A DNA stretch of 64,000 nt, taken from the NCBI GenBank assembly GCA_964016885.1, contig OZ024740.1, positions 290,160,001 to 290,224,000 of the forward strand, read 5' to 3'. Made by a program: the position numbers and the translations under genes. Below the pieces are notes generated by a model, which saw only the letters and a list, made by a program, of their open reading frames with translations, was not told the DNA's origin and ran no database searches. Below are positions 13,515-27,837 of this stretch, piece after piece; the first letter of the stretch is position 1; each line of letters starts with the position of its first letter. This DNA comes from Eledone cirrhosa (lineage: Eukaryota).

Positions 13515-14249
13515 TGAATTAATGTGACACAAATGTGTGTTTACCCTCGTAAAACTAATTTAAGATGTGATTTAAGAAAAATCTATGCAGCAACAATAGA
13601 AAAGATACTATCTTTTGTTTACTTAATATATTTGCAATAATAGATGAGAATATTGATTAATTAAATAATGTGATTTACAAAAGCAAGTATTAACATATTG
13701 CAGGTAGTGGTGTTAAGTGACAGGAGAAGTCTAATTACCAACTGGGTATGATTTTTTAAATGTATTGTACTGTAACTTCATACGCGCCCTTCGTATACGC
13801 TTCTTACGCACGTGGGAAAACATAAGTACCATCAAATCCAAATCCTTTATCTAAACCACTGACACTGTAGGCAGGTGTATTGGGATACCAACCTCACTAA
13901 AACCCCTCCCTTAGAGTCAACAGAATTCATCACTTGACGACAGGTAACTTTGATCACGAAACATCAAATACTTGTATATATATCATAAATATACATTTAT
14001 CGTTAAGTGGACATGTATTGGACAGGTGATAAAAACAAGGAATAAACAGTCAGGAGTCATAATACATGAAGATGAAAGACGATTGGTTGTAAAAGATATA
14101 GAAATAGAATATATCCTGTTACGTTATGCATTTAATATTGAACATGCATCAACCAATACCCATTAAGCATCGATTTACTATACAATCGAAATAATGTAAT
14201 ACGATGAATATATATCCTCAATATTACTGGTAAAATTTAAGTGAATATA

Positions 14250-14328
14250 TTAGGTTGTCAAGTATGAAGTTTGTAGAAATTTATAGAAAGAAACGGAATT
14301 TCTACAAATTTCATACTTGACGACCCAA
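14250..14328. mobile_element. 79-bp mariner-type palindromic MITE (MADE1-like architecture)
   Basis: TA|ttaggttgtcaagtatgaagtttgtagaaatt ... aatttctacaaatttcatacttgacgacccaa|TA. Confidence 0.75.
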
Positions 14329-14442
14329 TATTACCAGACAAAATATTTTCTATCTAAAATTGAAAACGAAAAAACTCTAGGTCAAGGTGATAGCGAGTTG
14401 TAAGGGGCGCTATAATGTTTCATGCTGTACTCTTTGATGATA

Positions 14443-15270
14443 TAATTGTTTCTACTTTTGGCTCAAGGCCAGCAATTATCCCAGTGTATTACTGGTACTT
14501 TATTTTATCGACCCTGTAAGGATGAAAGGCAAAGTTAACCTCAGGCGGATTTGAACTCAGAAGGCAAAGGGCCATAACTCTATGCTGTAAAGCATGGTGT
14601 CTGACACACTTCTGATAGAGCCAGTAAAGGGCTGTATTATATGCCTAAAGCATGTTGTCCGACGCTCTACTGATACTGCCAATTCACTGCCTTATTGATG
14701 TTATTATAATTGTTTCTACTTTTAGCACAAGGCCAACAATTATTCCAGTTCATTACTGGTACTTTATTTTTTAGACCCCGTGAGGATGAAAGGCAAAGTT
14801 AACCTCGGCGGGATTTGAACTCAGATCAGAAAGGGAGGTAATTGATGTTAATATAATGGTATCTGATTTAGGCACAAGACTAGCAATTTTGGGGAGGGGG
14901 AAGTCGATTAAATAAATCCCAGTGCGTGACTTATACTTTATTTTATCAACCCCGTAAGGATGAAAGGCAAAGTTAACCTCGGCGGGATTTGAACTCAGAT
15001 CATAAAGGGCCGTAACTCTATGCTGCAAAGCATGGCGTCCGACCCTCTACCGATACTGCCAATCTACCGCCCTCACCGCTGTTAATATAATTGTTTCTAT
15101 TTTTGACACAAGGCCAGCAATTGCCCCAGTGCATAACTGGTGCTTTATTTTATCGACCCTGTAAGGATGAAAGGCAAAGTTAACCGCAGACGGATTTGAA
15201 CTCAGAAAGCAAAGGGCCATAACTCTATGCTGCAAAACATGGTGTCTGACACTCCACTGATACTGCTAAT
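14443..15270 (-). mobile_element. Cluster of about 4 head-to-tail SINE A copies
   Basis: Four repeats of gatgaaaggcaaagttaacc...gatttgaactcag, all in the same orientation. Confidence 0.85.
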
Positions 15271-15639
15271 TTTCATTGTATTAGGTTCAGGCTCACACAT
15301 TTGATGTGTGTAGGAGAAGGGGGATAATCGATTATATTGACTCTGGATGAACGAACAGAAAGGTTGACATTGACAGAGTTAGATGTTGAATGTAGAAAGA
15401 CCGGGCCAAAATACCATAAAACATTTCATTTGGCGCTCAAGTGATTATGACATCTACCGCAATTTTATTAATTTATATCATATTATATATCACCATAATT
15501 TAAACGTCATGCATGACATCATAATAGTATATTAGAACGATGATGTTATAGTTCGTACAGAATGTTTATAGTGTCTCTTATTGCATCCATTTTGTAGCAG
15601 GCCGCAGCTGATATATTCCGCATAGACGAAGGTGTAGAA

Positions 15640-15830
15640 CAGGTATGTCAAACATGCGGCCCTTTACAAGCACACCTGCGGTCGGCCCGCACAGAGGTTC
15701 TTAAAGCGCGAGCATGTTTCATCTTCGTAAAATTTGTTGTAATGTGCGCAATTAGTTGTAGTGTGTGGCTCTCAGACAGCACATATGTGACCTATGTGGC
15801 CCTCGAGGGACTCTCAATTCGACATGCCTG
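15640..15830. mobile_element. hAT-type MITE
   Basis: TIRs CAGGTATGTCAAA / TTCGACATGCCTG; imperfect 8-bp TSD gtgtagaa/gtatagag; second copy inverted at 57488-57677. Confidence 0.75.
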
Positions 15831-16396
15831 GTATAGAGTAAGTCACTCCCTCTCCTCTTTCCTTTACCTTCACTTTTTATGTTATTCCTTTTTCTCTTTC
15901 GTTTTTTTTTTCTTTTTTTTCAAGCAAACTTTGATGAATTGTAAATTTCTTTCTTTTATTTTAAATATAATTACTCAAGATACCCAACAGAAATACTAAT
16001 CAATCAATCATGAAACATACATACACACACAGTCATTTGATACCGCATTACTTTCTCCAGGCCTCCTATATCCTTTAATTTAACTAGCTAAGCTTTGACT
16101 AACATCAGTATGATGTACAACCACACATTACTGCCCACTACTTCCATTAATAGTGTTCTAAATCTGACAATGACTTACCAATATGCTAATTCCTTTATGC
16201 AAAAATTCATACATTTTTATATTTTATAATCCCTACTACTTTAAACAGCCACATCCATAAGCATAACATACACTCATACACCCATCTATACACTCACACA
16301 ATTACATACACTCAAGATACTTAAAAAATTGATATCAATCAATTATCACACACACATTCACAAATACACACACACACACACTCACACACTGACACA

Positions 16397-16460
<64 letters not shown>

Positions 16461-16461
16461 A

Positions 16462-16493
<32 letters not shown>

Positions 16494-17584
16494 ATATATA
16501 TATATACAAGCATTTGGTACCACATCACAAATAGATTCTCCAATCTCTCCTAATTCCTACTACGACCTAGTTGGCCCACATAAAACTAATGTATGAAGTC
16601 TAATCCCACCATAAAACGCAGAAAGATGAAAAAGAAACCAAACGAAAACTTTGAAGTCACAACCATGTTTCTTCTCATCAAATTAAATGCCCATTCCCCC
16701 TACAAGCGACCAAAATAATAAAAGATGAACAATCATGATTTGACATCGCCTCCAACCACCGATATGTTAGGAGAAACACGAAAACACTGTAATTTACAAA
16801 TAGTTGTAAACGGCTGGAGACAGCAAAGCAGACCAAATTTGAAAGAGCACTGGATATACAGACGTTGCGAAGACAAGGCAGTGTGTGAGCATTTCAGTAT
16901 GTGGGCATTTCAGCGCTCTTTAAAAGTGAAGTTCTGGCCGTTAAACACACCGTGGTACAATGTCGGGGCGATTAATAAGTACTCCATCCATCTTATTTGG
17001 GAAGAAGAGCAGTAAGAGTGTAGATTTCAGGAATCCCACCGGAAGTGACTATCTAGTGTTTATTGGCCTACATCGTCCGAGAAAGAAGCAAGACACTCAT
17101 GGAGGTGAAATGAACCAGACAAGAAAACTCACTGGGCACGCCACGGCTGATGATGTGAACTGATGCGGTCGCCGTTTGTGAGACACGTTTTTCCTCAGAT
17201 TTCTCTTTGACTGAGCTGTAGCCCTGGGTCAAGCAAATACCGATACTGGGCGCATGGCATTTGGAATGTTGTCATGCGCTCACATATCTCTACCAATCTG
17301 GTAATATGGTCAGTGTAAATTCCTCATTAGCGTTCTATAGAGGATTAGTGGTGGGCTAGTGAGACGACGCTATCTGAGAGACACTAGGCGTCGTCGTAAG
17401 GAACTAGCCGTTCTGTTACAGCGGATTTTGATTCGAGGCTTATGGATAATTTCCAGAAATCTGTGGTCTGGCAGTAGTACCGGGTCACCGCCGGTTCGAA
17501 ATAACCGCAACAGACACGTTCTGCACGCACTCGTCCATTGTTGGCCCTGTGCCTAAATCAGAAACAATTATTATGGTATAGGAT

Positions 17585-18220
17585 AGGGCAGTAGATTGGC
17601 AGTATCGGTAGAGGGTCGGACGCCATGCTTTGCAGCAAAGAGTTACGGCCCTGAGTTCAAATCCCGCCGAGGTTATCTTTGCCTTTCATCCTTACGGGGT
17701 CGATAAAATAAAGTACCAGTCACGCACTGGGGTCGATTTAATCGACTTTCCCCTCCCCCAAAATTGCTGGCTTTGTGCCTATATAAGAAACCATTATTAT
17801 GGTATAGGATAGGGCGGTGAATTGGCTGTATCGTTTGAGCGTCGGACACCATGCTTCGTGGCATAGTGTTACGGCTCTTTACATTCTGAGTTCAAATCCC
17901 GCCTATGTTAGCTTTTCCTTTCATCCTTCCGAGGTCGATAAAATAAAGTACCACTAATGCACTGGAATTGATTTAATTGACTTTCCCCTCCCCCAAAACT
18001 GTTGGTGTTGTGCCTAAATAAAAAATCATTATCATGGTATGGGATAAATGCCTTATAGTATTTAGTTATATAATTTACATTCTGAGTTCAAAACCAAGAC
18101 GAGGTAAAATTTGCTCTTCATTCTTGCGGTGTCAATAAAACAATGTACCAGTTAAACATAGGGGGTCAACTTCATCGACTGTTCCCACAGATTTCTGTCT
18201 TTGTATCTAAGTTAGGAATT
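17585..18220 (+). mobile_element. Three tandem SINE A copies (full-length variant)
   Basis: Each has ctgagttcaaa plus the gcctttcatcc core; the first two share the linker attattatggtataggatagggc. Confidence 0.85.
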
Positions 18221-18350
18221 ATTAGATGTGGAGTTTCAGCGAACGCTATTTTACTGAGCCATCATCATCATCATCATCATCACCACCATCATCATCACCA
18301 TCATCATCATCATCACCATCACCGCCACCACCACCACCACCACCACCACT

Positions 18351-18382
<32 letters not shown>

Positions 18383-18456
18383 GCTAATCATCACAATTGC
18401 CAACCAACGCGCATGTAATAAAGAGGGTCAAGTGAACTACGAAAAAATATCGTTTT

Positions 18457-18507
<51 letters not shown>

Positions 18508-19204
18508 GATACATACACACACACACTCACACACACACACTCACATACGGACACAGGAACGCACGCACATTTGTTTGCGATAGACATATGCATGCGTACG
18601 AATATAAATCTTCAAATGATGGTGGGGTGGGGGGATGGACGATATGTCAGAAACTATTACGTGGCGCATTATGATTGGCTAAAATCACTAGATCGTTATA
18701 ACTGTGAAGAGAAAGTAGTTTTAAAAAAAATGAAAATATAAAATTAACAACAAAAACTAATCAAAAACAAACACATCTTATCATACTCCATTTGAAATAG
18801 ATAGTCGTGTATAGTTTATTATATAGCCAAAAGATATTAGATATGAGTATAAAATTATAGCTGTATGGATATATCAATGTGATATTGATAAATGGCCTGT
18901 CGTATCAAACAACACTTAATCGAGTGGAAAGAATGCGCCACATAATTGCATCTTTAAACAAATGGAATATATGACAACATACTAACATATGAAACGGAAT
19001 GTGTACGTAAGTGTGTGAGTGTGTTATATGTAATCCCTGTGTGTGTGTGTTTGGTTGTAATATATCTGTAAGTGGTATTATAATGCGTGCGATCTAGTAC
19101 TCGTAATATTTGTTTTTCTTTTTAATAATTTTTAATTTCTGGGTCTATTATACCATTACATCTAATCGTATGCGCATGCGTGAAAGTGTATGCATTTCTT
19201 CATT

Positions 19205-19275
<71 letters not shown>

Positions 19276-19293
19276 TTCTCTCATTCTCTCTCT

Positions 19294-19363
<70 letters not shown>

Positions 19364-19764
19364 ATATATATGTAATATATGTATGTATGCGTATACTTAT
19401 ATATATATGTGTATACGTATATATACGTATATCATTTCATACGTTGTAAAGATATATGTGTATAATTATGATTTATATCTTTAGACATCTACGTGTTTTT
19501 ACATACAGTTTCCTGTCGAATATAAAGAAAAATAAAGGGAATAAATAAACAAGAAAAAGATTTAATGGCAGTTAAAATATTATCCGTTGCCACAATCAGA
19601 TAACTTCCCCTGTTATTTTCTTTACTGTCTAATATTTAGGCATGATACGAGATATTTAGCTACATCTCTTTACACTTTGATTTCGAATCCAGCGAAACAG
19701 AATCAGGGCTGACATTGTATTTTATTTGTTGGTGATATTTCAGTAATTTAACTGTTAATATATA

Positions 19765-19957
19765 TAATTCTTTCTACTTTGAGCACAAGGCCAGCAATTA
19801 GCCAGTACATTACTGGTACTTTATTTTATCAACCCAGTAAGGATGAAAGGCAAAGTTAACCTCGGCGGGATTTGAACTCAGAATGGAAAGGGTCGTAACT
19901 CTTTGCGTCAAAGCATGGTGTCCGACCCTCTACCGATACTGCCAATCCACCGCCTTA
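19765..19957 (-). mobile_element. SINE family A, full head
   Basis: Minus strand aaggcggtggattggcagtatcggtagagggtcgg... gagttcaaatcccgccgagg. Confidence 0.85.
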
Positions 19958-20196
19958 AATAGAAGCGTATATGAAAGTGTATACAATATGTTTATGAATA
20001 ATAAACAAATCGTTGTTTCACTATTGGTGTTATAAACTGTGACCATGTCACAACTACGTCAATAACCATGTGACAACATCAGACACTAGTATTTCAAGAT
20101 TTCATCTATCTTCAGTGGCGTTTATTCACTCGGTACTGAGCTTATATAGACTTGGGTATGGTACATATACTGGTGTTGCTCATTTGTAAATAAGTA

Positions 20197-20371
20197 CCGC
20201 ATTTCCCGGCGCCGAAGACGCTTCGTCCTCGAGGTTGCACCCTAATTTTGACAACCAGAAATTTGAAAAAAAAAAAAAAATAATAAACAACCTTCGACCT
20301 CCAAGACGCATGGTAGATTTTTTAGACTTATTTTAGGAAAAAAATAGCGTCTTCCGCGCCGGGAAATACGG
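20197..20371. mobile_element. Tc1/mariner-superfamily (Tc2/pogo-like) MITE
   Basis: TA|ccgcatttcccggcgccgaagacgct ... agcgtcttccgcgccgggaaatacgg|TA. Confidence 0.8.
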
Positions 20372-20807
20372 TAAATGCCCTAAATATCTGGCGTACAAAT
20401 ATGGCAACTGGGGTGGCTGTGACATGATCACATCTTAAAACACCTATATCGAGACTTATGTACGTGTGTTATACATACACATATTCTACGTACTTTCATA
20501 TACTTCTCCGTTATGAATCACGCTGTATTTGTGCTATTGGTATTTAATACCAGTCCGTCAAGCTCGCGCTATAATTTCACCACAGTGAGGTGGATTAGCA
20601 GACTCATTAGAACGTCAGATATGATGCTTTACAGTATTAGTTTCAGTACTCTCCGCTTTGAGCTCAAATCCTGCTGTGATCAATTTTGCCTTTCATCCTT
20701 CCACGGATTGATATAATAAAGTAGCGGACTTTTACTGAGTTCGATATAATCGACTTCTTCTTTCCTTGGTATTGTGCCTAAAATCAAATACCATTATAAA
20801 ACTTCCT

Positions 20808-20880
<73 letters not shown>

Positions 20881-21004
20881 GTGTGTGTGTATATATATAT
20901 ATGCTCACACACACACACATATATATACACACACATATATATATATATATATATATCTTTTCCTTTACCTATCCTACGGAAACACTTCATATATGTATAT
21001 ACAC

Positions 21005-21083
<79 letters not shown>

Positions 21084-21091
21084 TATGCATA

Positions 21092-21132
<41 letters not shown>

Positions 21133-21161
21133 TCACAAAAACAAACAGCGACACACACACA

Positions 21162-21200
<39 letters not shown>

Positions 21201-22066
21201 GCGTGTGTGCGTGTGTGTGTATCTCTATTTGTTTGTCTATGTGTGTTTGTGGCGGGTGGGTGGGTGGGTAATTACATGTAGAATCAGAAATTGATGTGGG
21301 TAATATTTGGCTTGAAACGTTTGTAAGTCGATATTTGCAGGAGAATAATTATTGAAGAGGAAATTCAAGTGAGTTATAGCCGGAGGGCGGTGGCGCGGCG
21401 GCGTGAAGTATTGCGTTAGGATGTTTGGGTGGAGAGGGTATGAAGCTAGTTAAGTTAGAAGAGACAGGGCCTTTTATAGTAGCTACAGAGGAAATAAAGA
21501 GATGAACCCTAAGTTTATTAGCCAGTGATTGCATGACATTGCATTGCATTATACGATTTGCATAGTGTGTTGCTGATTGGATGGTTGCCAAGTTTGGCGC
21601 GTGATTTCATTTGACTGAGATCGTATGTTGATATTAAATTAATTCTATGGTGGTAATAATCTCTTATGGATCTTGTCGATGACGAGTGTTCCAGTTGCTC
21701 GATCAACAGAACAGCCTACGCATGAAATCATGTGAAATTCAGCTGAATATTTTACAGACAAGTGTAGTTTTAACGTAATTCTCAGGGAGATTCAGCGTGA
21801 CAAATTGTGTGGCAAGGCTGACTTTTCGAATTACGTTTACATTCCATCTGATGGACTTGCAAACAGTTTTGATCTACACAATGGCATTGATTGATTCCAA
21901 GCTGTAGTAAATGGCACCCACCCAAGATACTCCGCAGTGGCATCGAACCCATTACCTAATGATTGCAAAGGGATCTCTTTAACCAACAGTATATTTAGAT
22001 CATAACTTTTATACTGCTTAAAGCATGATGTGGATTTGATGTTTCTCCAATTGGTGCGTTGCTCCA

Positions 22067-22180
<114 letters not shown>

Positions 22181-22227
22181 TCTCTCTCTTCCTCTCTCTC
22201 TGTATATATATATGTATATATATATAT

Positions 22228-22726
22228 ATATTTATTAAAATAACAGATTAAAGTTTAAAGAATCGCTGCTTTCACCCTTAACGGGATCTTCTGAAACTAA
22301 CTAATTTTTGCTCTACGGTTCTTATATATTTGATATATATTTATCCTTATCGAACCCCCCTTTGGATTTTAGTCTTCAAATTGATTATTATTACTATATA
22401 TATATATATATATATAGTAATAATAATAAATTTGAAGACTAAAATCCAAAGAGGGTTCGATAGGGATAAATATATATCAAATATATAAGAACCGTAGAGC
22501 AAATATTTATTAAAATAACGGATTAAAGTTTAAGCAAAGAATCGTTGCTTTCACCCTTAACAGGAAATTAAGCAAAGAATCGCTGCTTTAACCCGTTAAG
22601 GGTGAAAGCAGCGATTCTTTGCTTAAACTTTAATCTGTTATTTTAATAAATATTTGCTCTACGGTTCTTATATATTTGATATATATTTATCCTTATCGAG
22701 CCCTCTTTGGATTTTAGTCTTCAAAT

Positions 22727-22810
<84 letters not shown>

Positions 22811-22955
22811 ATAATAATAAATCCAAAGAGGGCTCGATAAGGCTTAATATATATCAAATATATAAGAACCGTAGAGCAAAAATTAGTTACTTTCAGAAGA
22901 TCCCGTTAAGGGTGAAAGCAGCGATTCTTTGCTTAAACTTTAATCTGTTATTTTA

Positions 22956-22962
<7 letters not shown>
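22228..22962. mobile_element. Nested fold-back element of inverted copies of a ~180-bp pLTR-like unit between (TA)n tracts
   Basis: Unit aaatccaaagagggctcgataagg...gaaccgtagagc...cagaagatcccgttaagggtgaaagcagcgattctttgcttaaactttaatctgttattttaataa appears in alternating orientation; further fragments at 51230-51300 and 51431-51481. Confidence 0.7.
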
Positions 22963-23030
<68 letters not shown>

Positions 23031-23065
23031 TTATAAGAATCAAAGTTCTGATCAAATCATTTCTA

Positions 23066-23112
23066 TGCTTACAATTGTTTCCTCCAAACCGAGGTTTGGA
23101 TTCTTCGGAGCA
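23066..23112 (-). ncRNA. Type I hammerhead ribozyme, U4C core variant
   Basis: Minus strand: TGCT CCGAAGA A TCCAAACC TC GGTTTGGA G GAAA CAATTG TA^ AGCA; helix I, helix II and palindromic helix III all present. Confidence 0.7.
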
Positions 23113-23549
23113 ATTTATTAATGGATGATCACATATATGACCTCCTTTTCAACCCAAGGGACATACAGATACATATGCAAACATTGTTGCTCGGCAGGTT
23201 GACAACCATTATAATATTTAGTGTGGCAGTATACATTTAAAGGTTACATTCATATCCAAAGAGGATAAAATCAAAAATTAAGGTTAAAATACAACATGAA
23301 ATTAATGCGATAGGATAGTCATAAGCAGTTATTGAGTGCAATAGTTACACGTGTGTCCCGCACGTGTGTCTTGTTTATATAATGTTATAGTGCGGCAGAG
23401 TGTTACATGTAATAGAAGCACTTAAACGTGCGATCAAGAGCGTTAAGGGGGTTGATCAATATATAAATGAAAAGTATAGAAATTATTATGAGCAAGAAGC
23501 ACAGTATTTCATAATATATATATATATATGTGTGTGTGCGTATACGTAC

Positions 23550-23921
<372 letters not shown>

Positions 23922-25041
23922 GTATATATATATATGTATATATATATATGTTTATACTACAAAGTGACTGCTGGCAAGGGGCGACATTTGAACTCAGAAT
24001 GCAAAGACAATTCAAGGCATTCGATCCAAGACTTTAAAAATCCCACCAACCCACCAACTGAACTAATATATTATTTATCGATCTCGAAAGGAGGGAAAGC
24101 AAAGCTAACGTCAGCGATATTTGAATTCAGTGCACAAAAAGCTAGAACAAATAAGGCAAGACATTCTATCTGACTCATTAACGATTCTGCCATTTCATCG
24201 CTTTTAGTACACACAAACTTTATTATATTCTTTTCAGTACTATTATTTTGAAACAGTAGTGATATCCGGTTTTGCCTGGGTGCTGAATTTGTAAAAGATG
24301 TTTATTTCTTGTTAATTATAAATGACTCAACTTATAGTTAATTTCTATGAAATTATTTACATACACATTGTCTAACAAAGCCACAGAGTCTCGGTGAAAC
24401 ATACAAACCAAATACACACATATACTGGCTCACAATTACTAATACACATACACACGCGCGCGCACACACACGCACACACACACACACATACACACACACA
24501 TATATATAAATACATATATATATAGAGAGAGAGAGACCTCTAAAACCGCCTTCTGCATATAACCAGACCCATACCCATACACGCAATAACACAAATATAG
24601 CCTAAGAAGAGAGAGGATCGCAAGTACACACATATCCATATGGATGCATGAAATGCATATATATAAGTCTCTATCACATGAATGCACAGGTAAATACGTA
24701 ATGCCTATATATTAAATCATACACACATATGCACAAACATACATTCACACACAAGCAAGCAGAAACATTATGTGTAAATTTGAATTTATAAAAATGTGTA
24801 CACTAACATGCACTCGCTTAGATTTAATTACAAGCGCGTCATTCATACACACATTTACACACATAGATAAGTATAGGTAGATAGCTATGAAATGACAAGC
24901 AAGCAGATAGATAGATAGATATATTTCTTTATTAGAATAGATAGATAGGTAGACGTGCTTTTATTATTGCTATTTTTGTCAACGCATGTCGTAGTTTTTT
25001 GTTGTTGTTCACGAAGACACGGACTCACACTTACATGTATA

Positions 25042-25137
<96 letters not shown>

Positions 25138-25669
25138 CGTGCGTGCGTGTGGGTGTGTGTGTGTGCGTGTGTCAGTGTATGTGTAAATATGTACGTCATA
25201 TGCATGTGTAATGTGTATTTAATATAAACAAAAAAAAGAATGCAGATAGTAAATGCTAATTAAGAACAAAACTCATGTTTATATAAAAGCCTCCCTAGTG
25301 CATATGCCTCTTGTACTAACAAGATGAAACGATTTTTCAGACTAAAATATAAAACTGAAAAATCAATGACCACAGTTAAGAAAGATTTTAGAAGTAATAT
25401 AGAGTTTGTCATTCCTTGAATATTTAGCAATAATTTTGTGACAGAAATATTTTACATATGTAACTGTTACGTTATCTGATATGAAACATGTTAATTGCAA
25501 TATATCATATGTTACCTGATAGGCTTTTATCTTTCGCAGTACACATTATTCTGAGAGATATTTGAGAGGGATCGGGTTGGTTTCAATCAGTTAACAAAAC
25601 TTGAATGATTATTTGGCCGACAAATTTATATATATATATCTGTCGATCGATTGGTTATTGATTAGGCGA

Positions 25670-25783
25670 TACCCGCTGATGAAGCCGCATAAGCCGATTG
25701 TGCATTGTTGCATAATATATGCAGACGGATGGTGCAGTGCACCTTACTGCTGCATTAGTGCGGCAGAAACTCGAGTCCGGGTA
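25670..25783 (+). ncRNA. Canonical type I hammerhead ribozyme with extended helix II, inside a ~290-bp (TA)n-flanked element (25640-25930)
   Basis: TACCCG CTGATGA A GCCGCAT [~67 nt] GTGCGGC A GAAA CTCGAG TC^ CGGGTA; perfect 6-bp helix I, palindromic helix III ACTCGAGT, GUC cleavage triplet. Confidence 0.85.
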
Positions 25784-26217
25784 CATTATAGGCACCCGTT
25801 TTACGTGTGTTGTGGTGAGGCAAATAATTATGTGTATACCCTGGTAATGTATCCTACATTGCCTATTGAGTGCGCTGAGATACAACCGGTACTGACATTG
25901 ATAAATATGCTGGGTCCGTCAACCCTTATTATATATATATATATATATATATACATGTGTGTACCCTCTGGAAAGTGTGGGAGATATCTCTGGAAGCTGT
26001 CTGAAGGCTCTTCCCCCACCCCTCCCCTCACGACGTCTCTCGCAGGTAATATACATATATAAACTTTATTACAATTAAAATCACTTAAGAAGGGTATTTA
26101 AATGGTTTAGTGACTTTTGGGCAACTGTGTACAATTTAGCTCAATTATTTAGAGAACTCAGCCGGATTTTGAGAGATACGATCTTCTATACTTCCAAGTG
26201 GCTGCAAGCTACTTTTT

Positions 26218-27207
26218 TTCTCTGTCTATATTTTACACTGTCTATATTTTACACTGTCTATATTTTACACTGTCTATATTTTACACTGTCTATATTTTAC
26301 ACTGTCTATATTTTACACTGTCTATATTTTCTCTGTCTATATTTTACACTGTCTATATTTTCTCTGTCTATATTTTACACTGTCTATATTTTCTCTGTCT
26401 ATATTTTACACTGTCTATATTTTCTCTGTCTATATTTTACACTGTCTATATTTTCTCTGTCTATATTTTACACTGTCTATATTTTCTCTGTCTATATTTT
26501 ACACTGTCTATATTTTACACTGTCTATATTTTACACTGTCTATATTTTACACTGTCTATATTTTACACTGTCTATATTTTACACTGTCTATATTTTACAC
26601 TGTCTATATTTTCTCTGTCTATATTTTACACTGTCTATATTTTCTCTGTCTATATTTTACACTGTCTATATTTTCTCTGTCTATATTTTACACTGTCTAT
26701 ATTTTCTCTGTCTATATTTTACACTGTCTATATTTTCTCTGTCTATATTTTACACTGTCTATATTTTCTCTGTCTATATTTTACACTGTCTATATTTTAC
26801 ACTGTCTATATTTTACACTGTCTATATTTTCTCTGTCTATATTTTACACTGTCTATATTTTCTCTGTCTATATTTTACACTGTCTATATTTTCTCTGTCT
26901 ATATTTTACACTGTCTATATTTTCTCTGTCTATATTTTACACTGTCTATATTTTCTCTGTCTATATTTTACACTGTCTATATTTTCTCTGTCTATATTTT
27001 ACACTGTCTATATTTTCTCTGTCTATATTTTACACTGTCTATATTTTCTCTGTCTATATTTTACACTGTCTATATTTTACACTGTCTATATTTTACACTG
27101 TCTATATTTTCTCTGTCTATATTTTACACTGTCTATATTTTCTCTGTCTATATTTTACACTGTCTATATTTTACACTGTCTATATTTTCTCTGTCTATAT
27201 TTTACAC
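26218..27207. repeat. Minisatellite of 16-bp (ctgtctatattttaca) and 15-bp (ctgtctatattttct) units
   Basis: Read directly; accounts for the 379-aa and 339-aa artefact ORFs. Confidence 0.95.
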
Positions 27208-27324
27208 GATATTCTAAGATATTATTTATTGCAATTGGCTCGTTTGGGGATTTCTACATTTTCTAAGAATATATACACATTCAAAAAAACACGAACTCGC
27301 ACACACACACACGCACACACGCAC

Positions 27325-27408
<84 letters not shown>

Positions 27409-27424
27409 ATATATATATATAGGA

Positions 27425-27482
<58 letters not shown>

Positions 27483-27773
27483 AGAGAGAGAGAGAGATTT
27501 AAAAAAAACAATGTTATCCAGTATACCTAAAAGATTGTATTGACACCTTATTATAAATACATGAAAATCAACTTTAATACAACTCCAAATTAAGACAAAA
27601 TATGTTGTATTATTTGAAATATAATTGCAATTTTCTGAAAGTTTGTCCTGTTTCTGATGGTCAGAAATATTAATTCAAGTGCATATATATGCTGATGGTC
27701 ATTTTATTAGGCTATCTTCTGCGGTCAATACACGGCGAAAGCTATTAATTCAATTGTACACACACACACACAT

Positions 27774-27837
<64 letters not shown>

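Noticed and set aside
26127-27266. 379-aa and 339-aa repetitive hydrophobic ORFs
   Set aside because: Produced by the 15/16-bp minisatellite and open in several frames
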